Source: Patescibacteria group bacterium (GTDB taxonomy: Bacteria; Patescibacteriota; Patescibacteriia; GWA2-46-9). Taken from it: a stretch of DNA of 64,000 bases. Where the stretch lies: assembly GCA_041660005.1 (NCBI GenBank), contig JBAZXG010000003.1:64835-128834 (forward strand), written 5' to 3'. Numbering within the stretch: the first letter of the stretch is position 1; every line of letters begins with the position of its first letter. The notes below the pieces were generated by a model. It was given only the letters and a program-made list of their open reading frames with translations. It was not told the DNA's origin and made no database searches. Below are positions 48,334 to 58,992 of the stretch, piece by piece. Position numbers and translations under genes: made by a program.

Positions 48334-48678
48334 ATGTATCTACTCTACCGATGGTTACTCAGCGCGGTTGCACTGCTCCTGGCAGCAGCAATTATTCCTG
48401 GAATACACGTTGATGGTTTGTTTTACGCGTTGATTGTTGCCCTCATTCTCGGTTTTGCGAACGCGATTTTGCGTCCCATTATTGTCTTACTGACCTTACC
48501 GATCAACATTTTAACACTCGGCTTATTCACTTTTGTTATTAATGGATTTCTTTTCTGGTTTGTGTCCATTGTTACCGAAGGTTTTGTCGTTGATAATTTT
48601 AGCAGTGCCTTTTTAGGGGCAATCATTGTGTCGGCTATCAGTTGGTTTGGTAGTAAAACATTACTTGCGGAAAAATGA
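48334..48678 (+). CDS. Phage holin family (DUF360) membrane protein
   Basis: 114 aa with 4 TM helices. LSAVALLLAAAIIPGI..ILRPIIVLLTLP pattern of holin superfamily IV. Confidence 0.5.
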   Translation: MYLLYRWLLSAVALLLAAAIIPGIHVDGLFYALIVALILGFANAILRPIIVLLTLPINILTLGLFTFVINGFLFWFVSIVTEGFVVDNFSSAFLGAIIVSAISWFGSKTLLAEK

Positions 48679-49124
48679 GGAGGCGTAAACTCTACGGATC
48701 CCTCGCGTTTATTTGTCTGTTGCTCATAGTTGGCGTCTCTCTTGTATGGACAACAACTCGGTTGCCGAAAGCGAGTGTCCTCATTAATGGCGAACGAGTA
48801 AATGTAGATATTGCAACAACGGAAGCGAGTCGTCAGCAAGGACTTTCGGGTCGTCAATCAATTGGACCAAACAATGGGATGCTTTTTATTTTTGAGTCTA
48901 CGGGTCGACCAGGAATCTGGATGAAAGACATGCGGTTCGCTATCGACATTGTTTGGCTTGATGATACTTGGCTGGTCGTGGACAGCACAAAAAACGCTGC
49001 ACCCGCGAGTTATCCAGAAATTTTTGAAACCAAAATGGATGCCCGTTATGTCTTGGAGCTACCCGCCGGATGGCTCGACCGTCATAATGTAAAACTTCTT
49101 GATCACGTTTTGTTGATTCCGTAA
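48675..49124 (+). CDS. DUF192 (COG1430) family protein
   Basis: GMLFIFESTGRPGIWMKDMRFAIDIVWLD matches the conserved DUF192 core. Confidence 0.6.
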   Translation: MRRRKLYGSLAFICLLLIVGVSLVWTTTRLPKASVLINGERVNVDIATTEASRQQGLSGRQSIGPNNGMLFIFESTGRPGIWMKDMRFAIDIVWLDDTWLVVDSTKNAAPASYPEIFETKMDARYVLELPAGWLDRHNVKLLDHVLLIP

Positions 49125-49151
49125 AAAAATAAAATAGAATAAAATTTAGGT

Positions 49152-50834
49152 ATGCCAATCATTTTTATACAACTCAGCGCAGTTTTGTGCATCGCTACCC
49201 TTGTTTCGTGGCTGATGAAGCGGCTCGAGCAGCCGCTGATGGTCGGTTACATTCTTACCGGTATCATTATTGGGCCAGCTCTTCTTGGGTTGGTACACCA
49301 ATCAGATGCCATTGAAACGTTTGGAAAAATCGGTGTTGCCTTTTTACTTTTTCTCGTTGGTCTTCGGTTGAAGCCAAAGATGATTCGCGAGGTGGGAATG
49401 ATTGCTTTGTTGACCGGCCTCGGTCAAATTGCGGTAACAGCTTCTCTTGGTTTTTTGTTGGCTCAGTCCCTTGGTTTTTCGTTTATTCCTGCTCTTTATG
49501 TGGCTATTGCCTTCACCTTCTCAAGTACGATTGTTATTCTGCAGCTTCTGTACACGAAGGAGGAGCAGGACACATTGTACGGGCGCATCGCTACCGGCTT
49601 TATGCTGGTTCAAGATATTGTGGCCATGGTGCTTCTGCTTTTGTTATCGAGCACAGTCAAAAATGGAAGCATGAGTTTATTCATAGCCCTTGTTTTTGTA
49701 AAAGCGTTCGTCATCATTTTTTCAGTCTACCTTTTAACTGTTTACCTCATCCCAAAAATTGATCGTTTTTTTGCCGAATCACGGCAAGTGCTTTTTTTGT
49801 TTGCCCTCTCTGTATGTTTTTTGTTTGCCACCATTTTTTCGATTTTAGGTTTTTCTTTTGAGCTCGGTGCCTTTCTTGCGGGTGTCCTTCTTTCTGTCTC
49901 GCCGTACCATCGCGACATTGCCTCACGCATCAGTACGTTGCAGGATTTTTTTCTAGTGATGTTTTTCATTGTCCTCGGCACACAGGTCATTCCGGCGACG
50001 CTCGTTGGAAACTGGACGTGGATTATTTTGTTCTCACTCTTTATTCTGATTGCTGATCCCTTGGTTGTTATTTTAATCATGCGGCCGTTTGGCTACACCT
50101 TGCGCACCAGCTTTTACACAGGACTAACTGCGGCGCAAATTTCTGAATTTTCTCTTGTTCTTTTGGCTACCGGAGTGAATCTTGGTCATATCCCGGAAAA
50201 TATTTTTGGTCCAGCGACCATGGTGGCGCTCATAACCATATTTGCCTCATCGTACATGATTATGAATAATGAGCGAATTTACAATTTCTTTGAGCGCCCA
50301 CTCAAGTTCATTTTTGGTGTAGACGCAACTTGCGAAATACCTCAAGTGCTGCGAAAGGCGGACACGATTTTATTTGGCTGCCACCGACTTGGCTCCGGTA
50401 TTGTTGACGCACTGGAAACCATGCAAACAGATTTTTTTGTAGTCGACCATAACCCTGAAACGATAAAAATTTTGTCGCAGGGCAAAATTAAAAGCATATT
50501 TGGCTCAGCCGATGATGTTGCTTTTTTGGCTTCACTGCCGATTAAAAACGCACGTCTCATTATTTCAACCGTTCCAGAAGGGCAGGTTAACTTAACGCTC
50601 GTGAACTTTGTGCGCCAAATAAACAAGGATGCTGTTGTTATTTGCGTTTCCTATCACGAATCTCAAGCAGAAGAACTCTATGTCGCCGGTGCAACGTATG
50701 TTGTTATTCCCCCTTACCTTGGGAAACGCTACCTTATCGATCTTCTTAAAACACATCAATTTGATGACTCAAGCTACAGAAGAGAGCGACTAAAGCACCG
50801 AAAAGACCTTAAATATTTGAAAGAAATGCTGTAA
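49152..50834 (+). CDS. Monovalent cation:proton antiporter (CPA2/Kef-type) with a C-terminal TrkA-N-like domain
   Basis: N-terminal 12-TM Na+/H+ exchanger domain (GYILTGIIIGPALLG) and a C-terminal Rossmann-like regulatory domain. Confidence 0.7.
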   Translation: MPIIFIQLSAVLCIATLVSWLMKRLEQPLMVGYILTGIIIGPALLGLVHQSDAIETFGKIGVAFLLFLVGLRLKPKMIREVGMIALLTGLGQIAVTASLGFLLAQSLGFSFIPALYVAIAFTFSSTIVILQLLYTKEEQDTLYGRIATGFMLVQDIVAMVLLLLLSSTVKNGSMSLFIALVFVKAFVIIFSVYLLTVYLIPKIDRFFAESRQVLFLFALSVCFLFATIFSILGFSFELGAFLAGVLLSVSPYHRDIASRISTLQDFFLVMFFIVLGTQVIPATLVGNWTWIILFSLFILIADPLVVILIMRPFGYTLRTSFYTGLTAAQISEFSLVLLATGVNLGHIPENIFGPATMVALITIFASSYMIMNNERIYNFFERPLKFIFGVDATCEIPQVLRKADTILFGCHRLGSGIVDALETMQTDFFVVDHNPETIKILSQGKIKSIFGSADDVAFLASLPIKNARLIISTVPEGQVNLTLVNFVRQINKDAVVICVSYHESQAEELYVAGATYVVIPPYLGKRYLIDLLKTHQFDDSSYRRERLKHRKDLKYLKEML

Positions 50835-50878
50835 ACTAACAGTAATAAGTAGTAAATAACAAATAACTGATTTACATT

Positions 50879-51979
50879 ATGCTAAATATCGTTTCCCACT
50901 CGCGAAGCGTTCGACCATCGCTCTACTTTGCTGCCGCGGGTTTTTTTATCGCCGTGGGTATATTAGTCAATGTTAGTCCCTTACGTTTATTGCGGGCAAC
51001 TGACACGCCGTCTCCTGAAGAATCAGCAATTGTGAGTATCATTGCACATTCGTTACCGAGTGTCGTTAGTATAGTCGGCGTACAGGACCAAGGTCAGACG
51101 AGTAGTGTTGTTGGTCGCGGTTCAGGTTTTGTTGTCAGCAAAGATGGCTTAATTCTCACAAACAAGCATGTTGTTGAGCAGCCGAACCTGACGTACCGCA
51201 TTTTTTTTGATGACGGTCGGAAATTCACCGCAAAGGTTGTAGCACGCGACCCATTGAACGATATCGCCATCCTTAAAATTCCTGGCAACAACTTTACGTC
51301 ACTAGCGCTTGGTAACTCAGACAATGTGAAAATTGGTCAAACAACGATTGCTATCGGCAATTCACTGGGAGCATACGAGAATAGCGTGACGAAAGGGATT
51401 GTTAGCGGTCTTGGGCGGTTTATCAATGCAAGTAATGATCTCACCGGTAGTACCGAGACGATCGAAGACGCTATTCAGACTGACGCTGCTATTAATCAGG
51501 GGAACTCCGGTGGGCCGCTTCTTAATTCGCGCGGAGAAGTGATGGGCATTAACACTGCCATCGTTTTACAGGGTAGGGGAGTAGGATTTGCTATTCCCAT
51601 TAACCTTGCTAAAAACGCCATTAGTTCTTACCAAAAAAACGGAAGAATTGTTGAGCCATACCTTGGTGTTCGTTACGTATCCATTAATGCAGAATTTCAA
51701 GAGACCAACAAACTACGCTACGACTATGGCGCCATGGTGAGCTCTGGCACTGATGCACGCTCGCCATCAGTGATAGCTGGAAGCCCCGCCGCGATTGGTG
51801 GACTGCAAGACGGTGATATCATCCTCAGTGTGAACAACGTGTTAATCCGTGGAAAAAATACGCTGCGTGACATTATTACAACGCATAAACCTGGTGATAA
51901 GCTAACGCTCGTGGTAGCTCGGGCTGGCAGTGTTTTGAACATAGTGGTTACGCTTGTTGAAGTTCCTGCAGCGCAGTAA
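50879..51979 (+). CDS. HtrA/DegP-family serine protease with a PDZ domain
   Basis: Catalytic triad context HVV, DIAILKI and GNSGGPLLN. C-terminal PDZ domain. Confidence 0.8.
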   Translation: MLNIVSHSRSVRPSLYFAAAGFFIAVGILVNVSPLRLLRATDTPSPEESAIVSIIAHSLPSVVSIVGVQDQGQTSSVVGRGSGFVVSKDGLILTNKHVVEQPNLTYRIFFDDGRKFTAKVVARDPLNDIAILKIPGNNFTSLALGNSDNVKIGQTTIAIGNSLGAYENSVTKGIVSGLGRFINASNDLTGSTETIEDAIQTDAAINQGNSGGPLLNSRGEVMGINTAIVLQGRGVGFAIPINLAKNAISSYQKNGRIVEPYLGVRYVSINAEFQETNKLRYDYGAMVSSGTDARSPSVIAGSPAAIGGLQDGDIILSVNNVLIRGKNTLRDIITTHKPGDKLTLVVARAGSVLNIVVTLVEVPAAQ

Positions 51980-53199
51980 TGGCAAAAAAAGTTCTTATCT
52001 TAGGAAGCGGTTTCGGTGCGGTTTACACCTATCGCGCCTTGCGAAAAGCATTCCGTACCGACAAGGAAATTACCGTCACTATTCTTGCCAAAACGAACTA
52101 CTTTTTATTCAGTCCAATGCTGCATGAAGTAGCGACGGGCGGGTTAGACCAACGTGATATCGTACAATCGATACGAGGCATATTGAACTGCTGCCAGGAT
52201 GCCTTTATTGAATGTGAGGTTAGTGGTATTAATGCTGAAACAAAAAGAGTTAGCACCAACAGGGGCGAGTTTTCCTATGATTATCTGGTTGTTGCGGTTG
52301 GTGCAAACGCATCCTTTTTTAATGTCCTTGGCGCCGCAGAGTTTGCGCTGCCCTTGAAAACTCTGCACGATGCGCTAGCTATTCGTTCCAAAATTCTGTC
52401 ACTACTTGAGGAGTCACTTTCAACAAAAGACCAGGAAGAACGTCGACGACTTTTACGCTGGGTTGTTGTTGGCGCTGGTCCAACAGGGGTTGAGCTTGCC
52501 GCTGAAATGGTGGAATTAGCTGAATCGTTCGCTAAGACTGCTCCAATGGGTACTAAATTTGAAATCGATACACAATTACATCAGTCAAGTAATCAGATAC
52601 TAGCAACCTTTGACCCTAAAGTGCAAAAAGTGGCCGCATCGGTTCTGAGAAAAAAAGGTGTAATCATAAATTTAAATAGCAAAATTATCGAGGTAAAGAA
52701 GAATGGCGTGACACTAGCAAGTGGAGAGTTTTTACCTGCGGGTGTCGTCATCTGGACAGCTGGAGTAGCAGCCGTTCCGCTCATCTGTAATCCAACGACT
52801 ATCCTGAATGACCGTCAGTGTATAAAAATTACGCAGTATTTAAACACTATAGAGTACCCAGAAATTTTTGCGGTTGGCGACGTTGCCTATGTACCCGGTG
52901 TCCCGCAAACGGCGCAGGCCGCCGTAGCTGAGGCCATAGTAGCAGGTAAAAATATTTTGGCTATGGTCAAAGACAAACCGCTTATTCCTTTTCACTTTAA
53001 AGAAAAAGGTACCCTTGTTTCGTTGGGTCAATGGAGGGCCGCCGGTATGCTCTATGGGGTTAAGATTGAGGGCAGATTTGCCTGGTGGCTATGGAGAACG
53101 ATTTATCTTTTTAAACTGATTGGCGTACGGAACCGCATTCGTGTTGCTATAGACTGGACGCTGAACCTTTTTTTCTTGAGAGATATATCGCAGATCTAA
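51979..53199 (+). CDS. Type II NADH dehydrogenase-like FAD/NAD(P)-dependent oxidoreductase
   Basis: Two dinucleotide-binding motifs, ILGSGFGAV and VVGAGPTGVELAAE. Confidence 0.7.
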   Translation: MAKKVLILGSGFGAVYTYRALRKAFRTDKEITVTILAKTNYFLFSPMLHEVATGGLDQRDIVQSIRGILNCCQDAFIECEVSGINAETKRVSTNRGEFSYDYLVVAVGANASFFNVLGAAEFALPLKTLHDALAIRSKILSLLEESLSTKDQEERRRLLRWVVVGAGPTGVELAAEMVELAESFAKTAPMGTKFEIDTQLHQSSNQILATFDPKVQKVAASVLRKKGVIINLNSKIIEVKKNGVTLASGEFLPAGVVIWTAGVAAVPLICNPTTILNDRQCIKITQYLNTIEYPEIFAVGDVAYVPGVPQTAQAAVAEAIVAGKNILAMVKDKPLIPFHFKEKGTLVSLGQWRAAGMLYGVKIEGRFAWWLWRTIYLFKLIGVRNRIRVAIDWTLNLFFLRDISQI

Positions 53200-53325
53200 T
53201 CCGAGCGAGATTCACTGTGTTATGGCGCGTCAATTTTATGAATTTTTTAAAGCAATTGAGTTGACGAAAATGCTAATTTGGGTTAAACCTATAGGGCATT
53301 TATTTACCCGAACAGTCATTTTGCA

Positions 53326-53805
53326 ATGAATAATTTGGGCTCACAAGCTGTTTTAACGGAGAAGGGAAGGAAAAAGGCAGAGGAGGAGCTGTCATTGCTT
53401 ATAAATAATAAACGACCCGAAGTTTCTGAAAAAATTCGCACCGCTAAAGAAATGGGCGATATTTCTGAAAATGCTGAATATGCCGCAGCGAAAGAAGAGC
53501 AGAGCTTCAACGAAGCGAGAATCCTAGAATTACAAAATTTACTTAAGACCGCCGAAATTGTTACAAACACTGGGAGCGGAAAAAACAGTACGGTTAGTGT
53601 AGGTGGTACGGTGGTCGTTCGCGACAACGGAGGCAAAGAGCGAAGATTTACAATCGTCGGAGTTAACGAAGCGAACCCCAAAGAGGGAAAAGTAACCAAT
53701 GAGTCCCCGGTCGGACAAGCGCTCATTGGTCAAAAAAAGGGCGATACCGTTCAGGTTGAAACACCAAACGGAATAAAATCACTAACAATTCTTGAGATTT
53801 TGTAG
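53326..53805 (+). CDS. greA: Transcription elongation factor GreA
   Basis: GDISENAEYAAAKEEQ coiled-coil signature and a C-terminal FKBP-like domain. Confidence 0.8.
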   Translation: MNNLGSQAVLTEKGRKKAEEELSLLINNKRPEVSEKIRTAKEMGDISENAEYAAAKEEQSFNEARILELQNLLKTAEIVTNTGSGKNSTVSVGGTVVVRDNGGKERRFTIVGVNEANPKEGKVTNESPVGQALIGQKKGDTVQVETPNGIKSLTILEIL

Positions 53806-53811
53806 GTTACT

Positions 53812-55299
53812 ATGGCTGAACCACACGACGAGCTTACCGTAAGGCGAGAACGCTTGGAACATATTATTGCTAGTGGACTTGATCCTTATCCAAGTACCAG
53901 TAGCAGAACCCATGCTATTGACGCAGTTAAACAGGACTTCGATGCACTTCTAGCTGGAAAAGAAGTCGTTACTATAGCGGGTCGTGTTTTAGCCATACGT
54001 GAACATGGTGGCTCTACTTTTCTTTCCCTTAACGACGGGACGGGAGACTTGCAGGGCTACATGAAGCAGGATGTGGTTGGCGACACTAGTTATTTATTGC
54101 TTCAAGATTTAGACGTCGGCGATTTCATTGAAATAACGGGCACACTATTTATAACGAAGCGAGGCGAGAAATCAATTTTGGCCTCTGTTGGGCATCGTAT
54201 GCTCGCAAAATCCTTGCGACCGCTCCCAGAAAAGTGGCACGGGTTAGCGGATACTGAATTGAGACTCCGAAAGCGGTATCTTGACCTCATTGTGAACGAA
54301 GAGATGCGGGACCGCATGTATAAGCGCTCAGCAGTAATTTTGGCAATGCGAAATTTTATGAACAGTAACGGCTTTCTTGAAGTCGAGACGCCAACACTGC
54401 AGCCCATTTATGGCGGCGGTCTCGCTCGTCCATTTAAAACCTACCACAATACACTTAAAAGAGAGTTCTATTTGAGAATATCTGATGAGATGTACTTGAA
54501 ACGGCTCTTGGTTGGCGGCGTAGAAAAAGTCTATGAAATTACAAAAGTTTTCCGCAACGAAGGCATCGACAGAGATCACAACCCTGAGTTCACTATGTTT
54601 GAGTCGCAAACAGCATACAAAAATTACGAATGGGGGATGGACTTTTTCGAAGCTATATTCGAGCATGTGGCAACGTCCGTTTTTGGAAAAACAATAATTG
54701 AATACCAAGGAGTAGAGTTAAACTATAAGCGGCCATGGAAACGGGTGCGCTTTATTGATGCTGTTCAAGAAGTTACCGGCCTCGATGTTTCTAAATGCAG
54801 CACCCCAAAAATCGCTAAAGATGAAGTGAAGAAATTGTTACCAAAAGAACTGGCGGAAAAGCTTACGCCGCTCGAAACGGTGGGTGAAATACTGGCTTTA
54901 GCTTTTGAGGAATTAGTTGAATCCACTTTCATACAACCCACAATAGTTTATGACTACCCGGTTGAGGTTTCGCCACTGGCAAAGAAAACACCGGATAAAA
55001 AATTTGTAGAAAGGTTTGAAGCGTTCATTATGGGTAGTGAAGTAGGTAATAACTATTCTGAGCTCAATGACCCAGTGGACCTGGAAAAACGCTTTATTGA
55101 CGAGAAAAGGAAAGAAAAAGCTGGATTTACAGAAGCACACCAAACCGACTACGAATACCTGGAAACAATTCAGCATGGTATGCCGCCCGCTTGTGGTTTA
55201 GGAATTGGAGTGGATCGCATGATTATGTTCATGACGAACGCAAAGAACATTAAGGAGGTTATTCTTTTCCCAACGCTACGCCCTAAGGAAGACGAATAG
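53812..55299 (+). CDS. lysS: Lysine--tRNA ligase (class II)
   Basis: N-terminal OB-fold anticodon-binding domain and class II motifs (FRNEG motif 2, GIGVDRM motif 3). Confidence 0.9.
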   Translation: MAEPHDELTVRRERLEHIIASGLDPYPSTSSRTHAIDAVKQDFDALLAGKEVVTIAGRVLAIREHGGSTFLSLNDGTGDLQGYMKQDVVGDTSYLLLQDLDVGDFIEITGTLFITKRGEKSILASVGHRMLAKSLRPLPEKWHGLADTELRLRKRYLDLIVNEEMRDRMYKRSAVILAMRNFMNSNGFLEVETPTLQPIYGGGLARPFKTYHNTLKREFYLRISDEMYLKRLLVGGVEKVYEITKVFRNEGIDRDHNPEFTMFESQTAYKNYEWGMDFFEAIFEHVATSVFGKTIIEYQGVELNYKRPWKRVRFIDAVQEVTGLDVSKCSTPKIAKDEVKKLLPKELAEKLTPLETVGEILALAFEELVESTFIQPTIVYDYPVEVSPLAKKTPDKKFVERFEAFIMGSEVGNNYSELNDPVDLEKRFIDEKRKEKAGFTEAHQTDYEYLETIQHGMPPACGLGIGVDRMIMFMTNAKNIKEVILFPTLRPKEDE

Positions 55300-55300
55300 T

Positions 55301-55732
55301 ATGGAAAAGAAAGTTCTGATTTTCGGGACCTTTGATCTATTGCATCCTGGACACCTTAGTTTTTTAAAAGAGGCAGGCGACATCGGTTCGGTTGTCGTTG
55401 CGCTGACGCCTGACGCATTGTTGGTTACCTACAAAGGAAGGCCTGCAGTTAACCCGTATGCCGTAAGAAAAAGACGCCTTGAACGGCTTACCTGGGTGCA
55501 GGAAGTAGTCAGCGCAGATGCAATCCCAAATACGTATAGTATTTTGATGCGGGTTAAGCCCGAAGTCATTTTGCTCGGTTACGACCAAGGACACCTAGCA
55601 AAGCAGCTCACTACCCGCATTCGTGAGTACCATCTGAAGATTGACATTGTTATCGCGCGTCCTTATAGAGCTTCTATTTACCGTTCGTCGCTTTTTCGTG
55701 TACCAATGATAAAGGTTAAAGCTGCTGTCTAG
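55301..55732 (+). CDS. Cytidylyltransferase-like nucleotidyltransferase (RibL/TagD-like)
   Basis: FGTFDLLHPGHLSFL (HxGH). Confidence 0.55.
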   Translation: MEKKVLIFGTFDLLHPGHLSFLKEAGDIGSVVVALTPDALLVTYKGRPAVNPYAVRKRRLERLTWVQEVVSADAIPNTYSILMRVKPEVILLGYDQGHLAKQLTTRIREYHLKIDIVIARPYRASIYRSSLFRVPMIKVKAAV

Positions 55733-55770
55733 TTGCGCTGATAGCAACACACGCTATACTTAAAACATGC

Positions 55771-57063
55771 TTGATAAGTATGCTTGATATTGAGATTCTT
55801 CGTAAACAACCACAGATAGTCATCGCCTCACTGAAAAAAAGGGGAGGGGATGTGGTAAGGGTTGATGAACTGATTAAATTGGATAATGCTTGGCGTTCAA
55901 AAACTGAAGAAGTTGAAGCACTGCGTTCAAAGCAAAAAACTTTATCAAATGAGCGTCGCATTGATGAGGCAAAGATCAATAAAGAGGCTATTAAGCAGGC
56001 CGAGAGCGAACTTTTAGAACTTCAGAGTATGCGTGATGCCGCTTGGATCGCTATTCCAAACATCTTGCATGAGGATGTACCCGAAGGAAAAGATGATTCA
56101 GAGAACAAGGTTATAAAGACGTGGGGTGTGCAACCGGCATTTACCTTCCCGCCGAAAGATCATATGGCGCTCGGTGAGTCACTGGATATTATTGACATGG
56201 AGCGCGCGGCTGAGGTTACGGGTGCTCGGTTCTACTACCTTAAGGGAGATGGGGCGCTGCTGGAGTTTGCATTACTCCACTATGCTATGTCGCGCTTAAC
56301 TGACGAAGCATGGATAGCTAAAGTTGCAGCTGCTGCGGGTGACGGTGTCAGCACGAAAACTTTTATACCGGTTATTCCTCCGGTGATGGTACGTCCGGAT
56401 GTTTTCGTTAAAATGGCGCGCCTACAACCCGGCGTCGACGAAGATGAGCGTTATTATATCCCGTCTGATGACCAGTACCTCATTGGCAGCGCGGAACATA
56501 CACTGGGTCCGCTCCACATGAACTCAACACTGAACGAAGATGACTTGCCCATACGGTATGTCGGTTTTTCTACCTGTTTCAGGCGCGAAGCCGGCTCTTA
56601 CGGAAAAGACACCAAAGGTATGATTCGCGTGCATCAGTTTGACAAGGTAGAAATGGAGACTTTCGCTACTGCGGATATGGCCACGCAGGAGCAAAACTTT
56701 TTAGTCACTGTTCAAGAAACGTTACTACAAGAACTTGGCTTGCCGTATCAAGTCGTGGCAGTGTGCGGCGGTGATATTGGTAGCCCTGATGCTCGACAAA
56801 TTGATTTGGAGTGTTGGATGCCCGGACAGCAGAAATATCGAGAAACAAATTCGGCTGATTTGGTCAGCGACTACCAAGCAAGACGCTTAAATACAAAAGT
56901 TCGTCGTAAAGAAGGCGTTGAATTCGTGCATATGAACGACGCAACAGCTATAGCCATGAGTCGCATCATTGTCGCTCTTTTAGAAAACTACCAGCAAGAG
57001 GATGGCACCATTGCCGTTCCGCAGGTTCTTCGTCCATTTATTGGCAAAGATAGGATCAGCTAA
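55771..57063 (+). CDS. serS: Serine--tRNA ligase
   Basis: N-terminal coiled-coil arm and a class II core (RFYYLKGDGA, GFSTCFRRE, the ALLENYQ tail). Confidence 0.9.
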   Translation: MISMLDIEILRKQPQIVIASLKKRGGDVVRVDELIKLDNAWRSKTEEVEALRSKQKTLSNERRIDEAKINKEAIKQAESELLELQSMRDAAWIAIPNILHEDVPEGKDDSENKVIKTWGVQPAFTFPPKDHMALGESLDIIDMERAAEVTGARFYYLKGDGALLEFALLHYAMSRLTDEAWIAKVAAAAGDGVSTKTFIPVIPPVMVRPDVFVKMARLQPGVDEDERYYIPSDDQYLIGSAEHTLGPLHMNSTLNEDDLPIRYVGFSTCFRREAGSYGKDTKGMIRVHQFDKVEMETFATADMATQEQNFLVTVQETLLQELGLPYQVVAVCGGDIGSPDARQIDLECWMPGQQKYRETNSADLVSDYQARRLNTKVRRKEGVEFVHMNDATAIAMSRIIVALLENYQQEDGTIAVPQVLRPFIGKDRIS

Positions 57064-57081
57064 ATTGCTGCAATTCTTGTT

Positions 57082-58251
57082 ATGCAGCTTGATCCGAAGA
57101 CCGTTGAACTATCAAAAATTAAACAGATAGAACTGCTAGCGTCGGCGAGGCCCGATACTGTCTCCTTGGCTCAAGGAATACCATCATTTGACACGCCAGA
57201 CGAAGTCAAGCGTTTTGCTATTCGTGCCATCGAAGACGGTCGCGTTGCTAAATATTCGCTCGCCCCTGGTCTCATTGAACTACGTGAAGCCATTGAAGAA
57301 TCGCTGATTAAAGACAGTATGCACTACGACTCCGAAGAAGAAATAATTGTAACCGCAGGTTCAATCGAGGCAATAAGTGCGACCATGCTGGCGTTGTTAC
57401 AATCCGGCGATGAGGTCATTCTGTTTTCACCCAGTTATGTTTCTTACCGTCAGTCAATTTTATTGGCAAAGGCCAAACCGGTTTATGTACCTCTCGACGA
57501 AGAGCATGAGTGGAGCATCAATTTTGAAGCGCTTCTTGCGGCACTTACTTCGAATACGCGAGTCATTCTGATTTGTAATCCTAATAACCCAACCGGCAGC
57601 ATTTTTAAAAAAGACGATCTTCTTAAAATCGCGCAAATCGCTGAGAGCCGTAATCTTTTCGTTGTACTCGATGAGGTGTATAAAGATTTTATATACGATA
57701 ATCGTACGTTTTACTCACTAGCTACCGAAAGCAAATACCGTGACCGCGTCATTCGCGTCTATAGTTTTTCAAAAGCGTATGCAATGACCGGCTGGCGTAT
57801 TGGTTATTTACATACAAGTAAGGAGCTAGCGAGAAGAATTTTGGCCGTTCATGACGGTTTGGTAACATGCGCTCCGGTTGTGTCGCAGTACGCCGCACTT
57901 GGCGCGCTGACTCTTCCCGCAGCATCTTGGCAGGTTTATCTTGGCGAGTATAAAGCCCGTCGGGACCTCCTTGCGTCTTACCTTGATAAAATTGTAGGGT
58001 TAACCTACACCATGCCAACTGCCTCGTACTTTTTCTTCCCAAAAATTAATCGAAACGTGGTTAACAATTATGCTGATTCCGAAACTTTTGCCCTGCAAAT
58101 GCTCAGTATCGCAGGCGTTGCAACTGTCCCGGGTTCTGCATTCGGCCCAAGTGGAGAAGATCATCTTCGCCTATCTTTTGGCAGGGATCGGGAAACAATA
58201 AGTAAAGGCATGGAAAGAATGATGACATTTTTTAAATCACATGCCGACTAG
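57082..58251 (+). CDS. Pyridoxal-phosphate-dependent aminotransferase (class I/II)
   Basis: SFSKAYAMTGWRIGY lysine-containing PLP motif, and NPNNPTG. Confidence 0.8.
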   Translation: MQLDPKTVELSKIKQIELLASARPDTVSLAQGIPSFDTPDEVKRFAIRAIEDGRVAKYSLAPGLIELREAIEESLIKDSMHYDSEEEIIVTAGSIEAISATMLALLQSGDEVILFSPSYVSYRQSILLAKAKPVYVPLDEEHEWSINFEALLAALTSNTRVILICNPNNPTGSIFKKDDLLKIAQIAESRNLFVVLDEVYKDFIYDNRTFYSLATESKYRDRVIRVYSFSKAYAMTGWRIGYLHTSKELARRILAVHDGLVTCAPVVSQYAALGALTLPAASWQVYLGEYKARRDLLASYLDKIVGLTYTMPTASYFFFPKINRNVVNNYADSETFALQMLSIAGVATVPGSAFGPSGEDHLRLSFGRDRETISKGMERMMTFFKSHAD

Positions 58252-58987
58252 CTTAGTTAAAAATATTGTTCGAGTTTATCTTGGTGTTCTCGCACGCACG
58301 CGGGTTTTACGCAGTCAGTCTTACGTTGTTGTCGTGTCGGGTATTAACGGCAAGACAACCACAAAACGAGCAATTTACGACGCACTTAAGGATAGGAACT
58401 GCAATGTCTTCATGTCGGAAATGAATTACAATACGGATATTGGTTTACCCTTAACGATTCTTGGCTTAACCCCTCCACCAAGAAAGGCAGGGGAGTGGGC
58501 TATTGCCCTCTGCAAGGCCGCGATGAGTTCTCTGTTTGGAAAGAAACTTCCAGAATTCTTAGTTGTGGAATTTGGTATTGCAGACAAGGGTGACATGAAT
58601 AAACTTCTCACTGTAGTGAAGCCAAACATTACTGTTGTTACGAATACTCATTATTCGGACTTTAACCCCAATACAACACTTGATGAACTGGCGCACGAAC
58701 TGTCAGTGCTTGCAGCCGCAACTTCTACCAGGGGTCTTGTGGTTCTCGGGGGCGATAATGCTTACGTTGATGCATTGCGCTCTGCTACCAAAGCAAGAAC
58801 GGTAACGTTCGGTTTTGAAAAAAATAACGACATTGTTATTTCAAAAACAGACGAGACGGTGGATGGTACAACCATTTTAATCAACAATAAAGAGTACACT
58901 GTTGCATCATCGGGGAATAATCATTTTTATGCTTTTACTGCTGCTCAGCTCGTCAGCGACTTCATTTTCAAAAAAATAAAAGAATAA
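58241..58987 (+). CDS. Mur ligase family protein, short form (MurF-like central domain; C-terminal domain absent)
   Basis: VVSGINGKTTTK P-loop, VVEFGIADKGDMNKL..VVTNTHYSDF. At 248 aa it is about half the length of canonical MurF. Confidence 0.5.
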   Translation: MPTSLVKNIVRVYLGVLARTRVLRSQSYVVVVSGINGKTTTKRAIYDALKDRNCNVFMSEMNYNTDIGLPLTILGLTPPPRKAGEWAIALCKAAMSSLFGKKLPEFLVVEFGIADKGDMNKLLTVVKPNITVVTNTHYSDFNPNTTLDELAHELSVLAAATSTRGLVVLGGDNAYVDALRSATKARTVTFGFEKNNDIVISKTDETVDGTTILINNKEYTVASSGNNHFYAFTAAQLVSDFIFKKIKE

Positions 58988-58992
58988 CGTGT

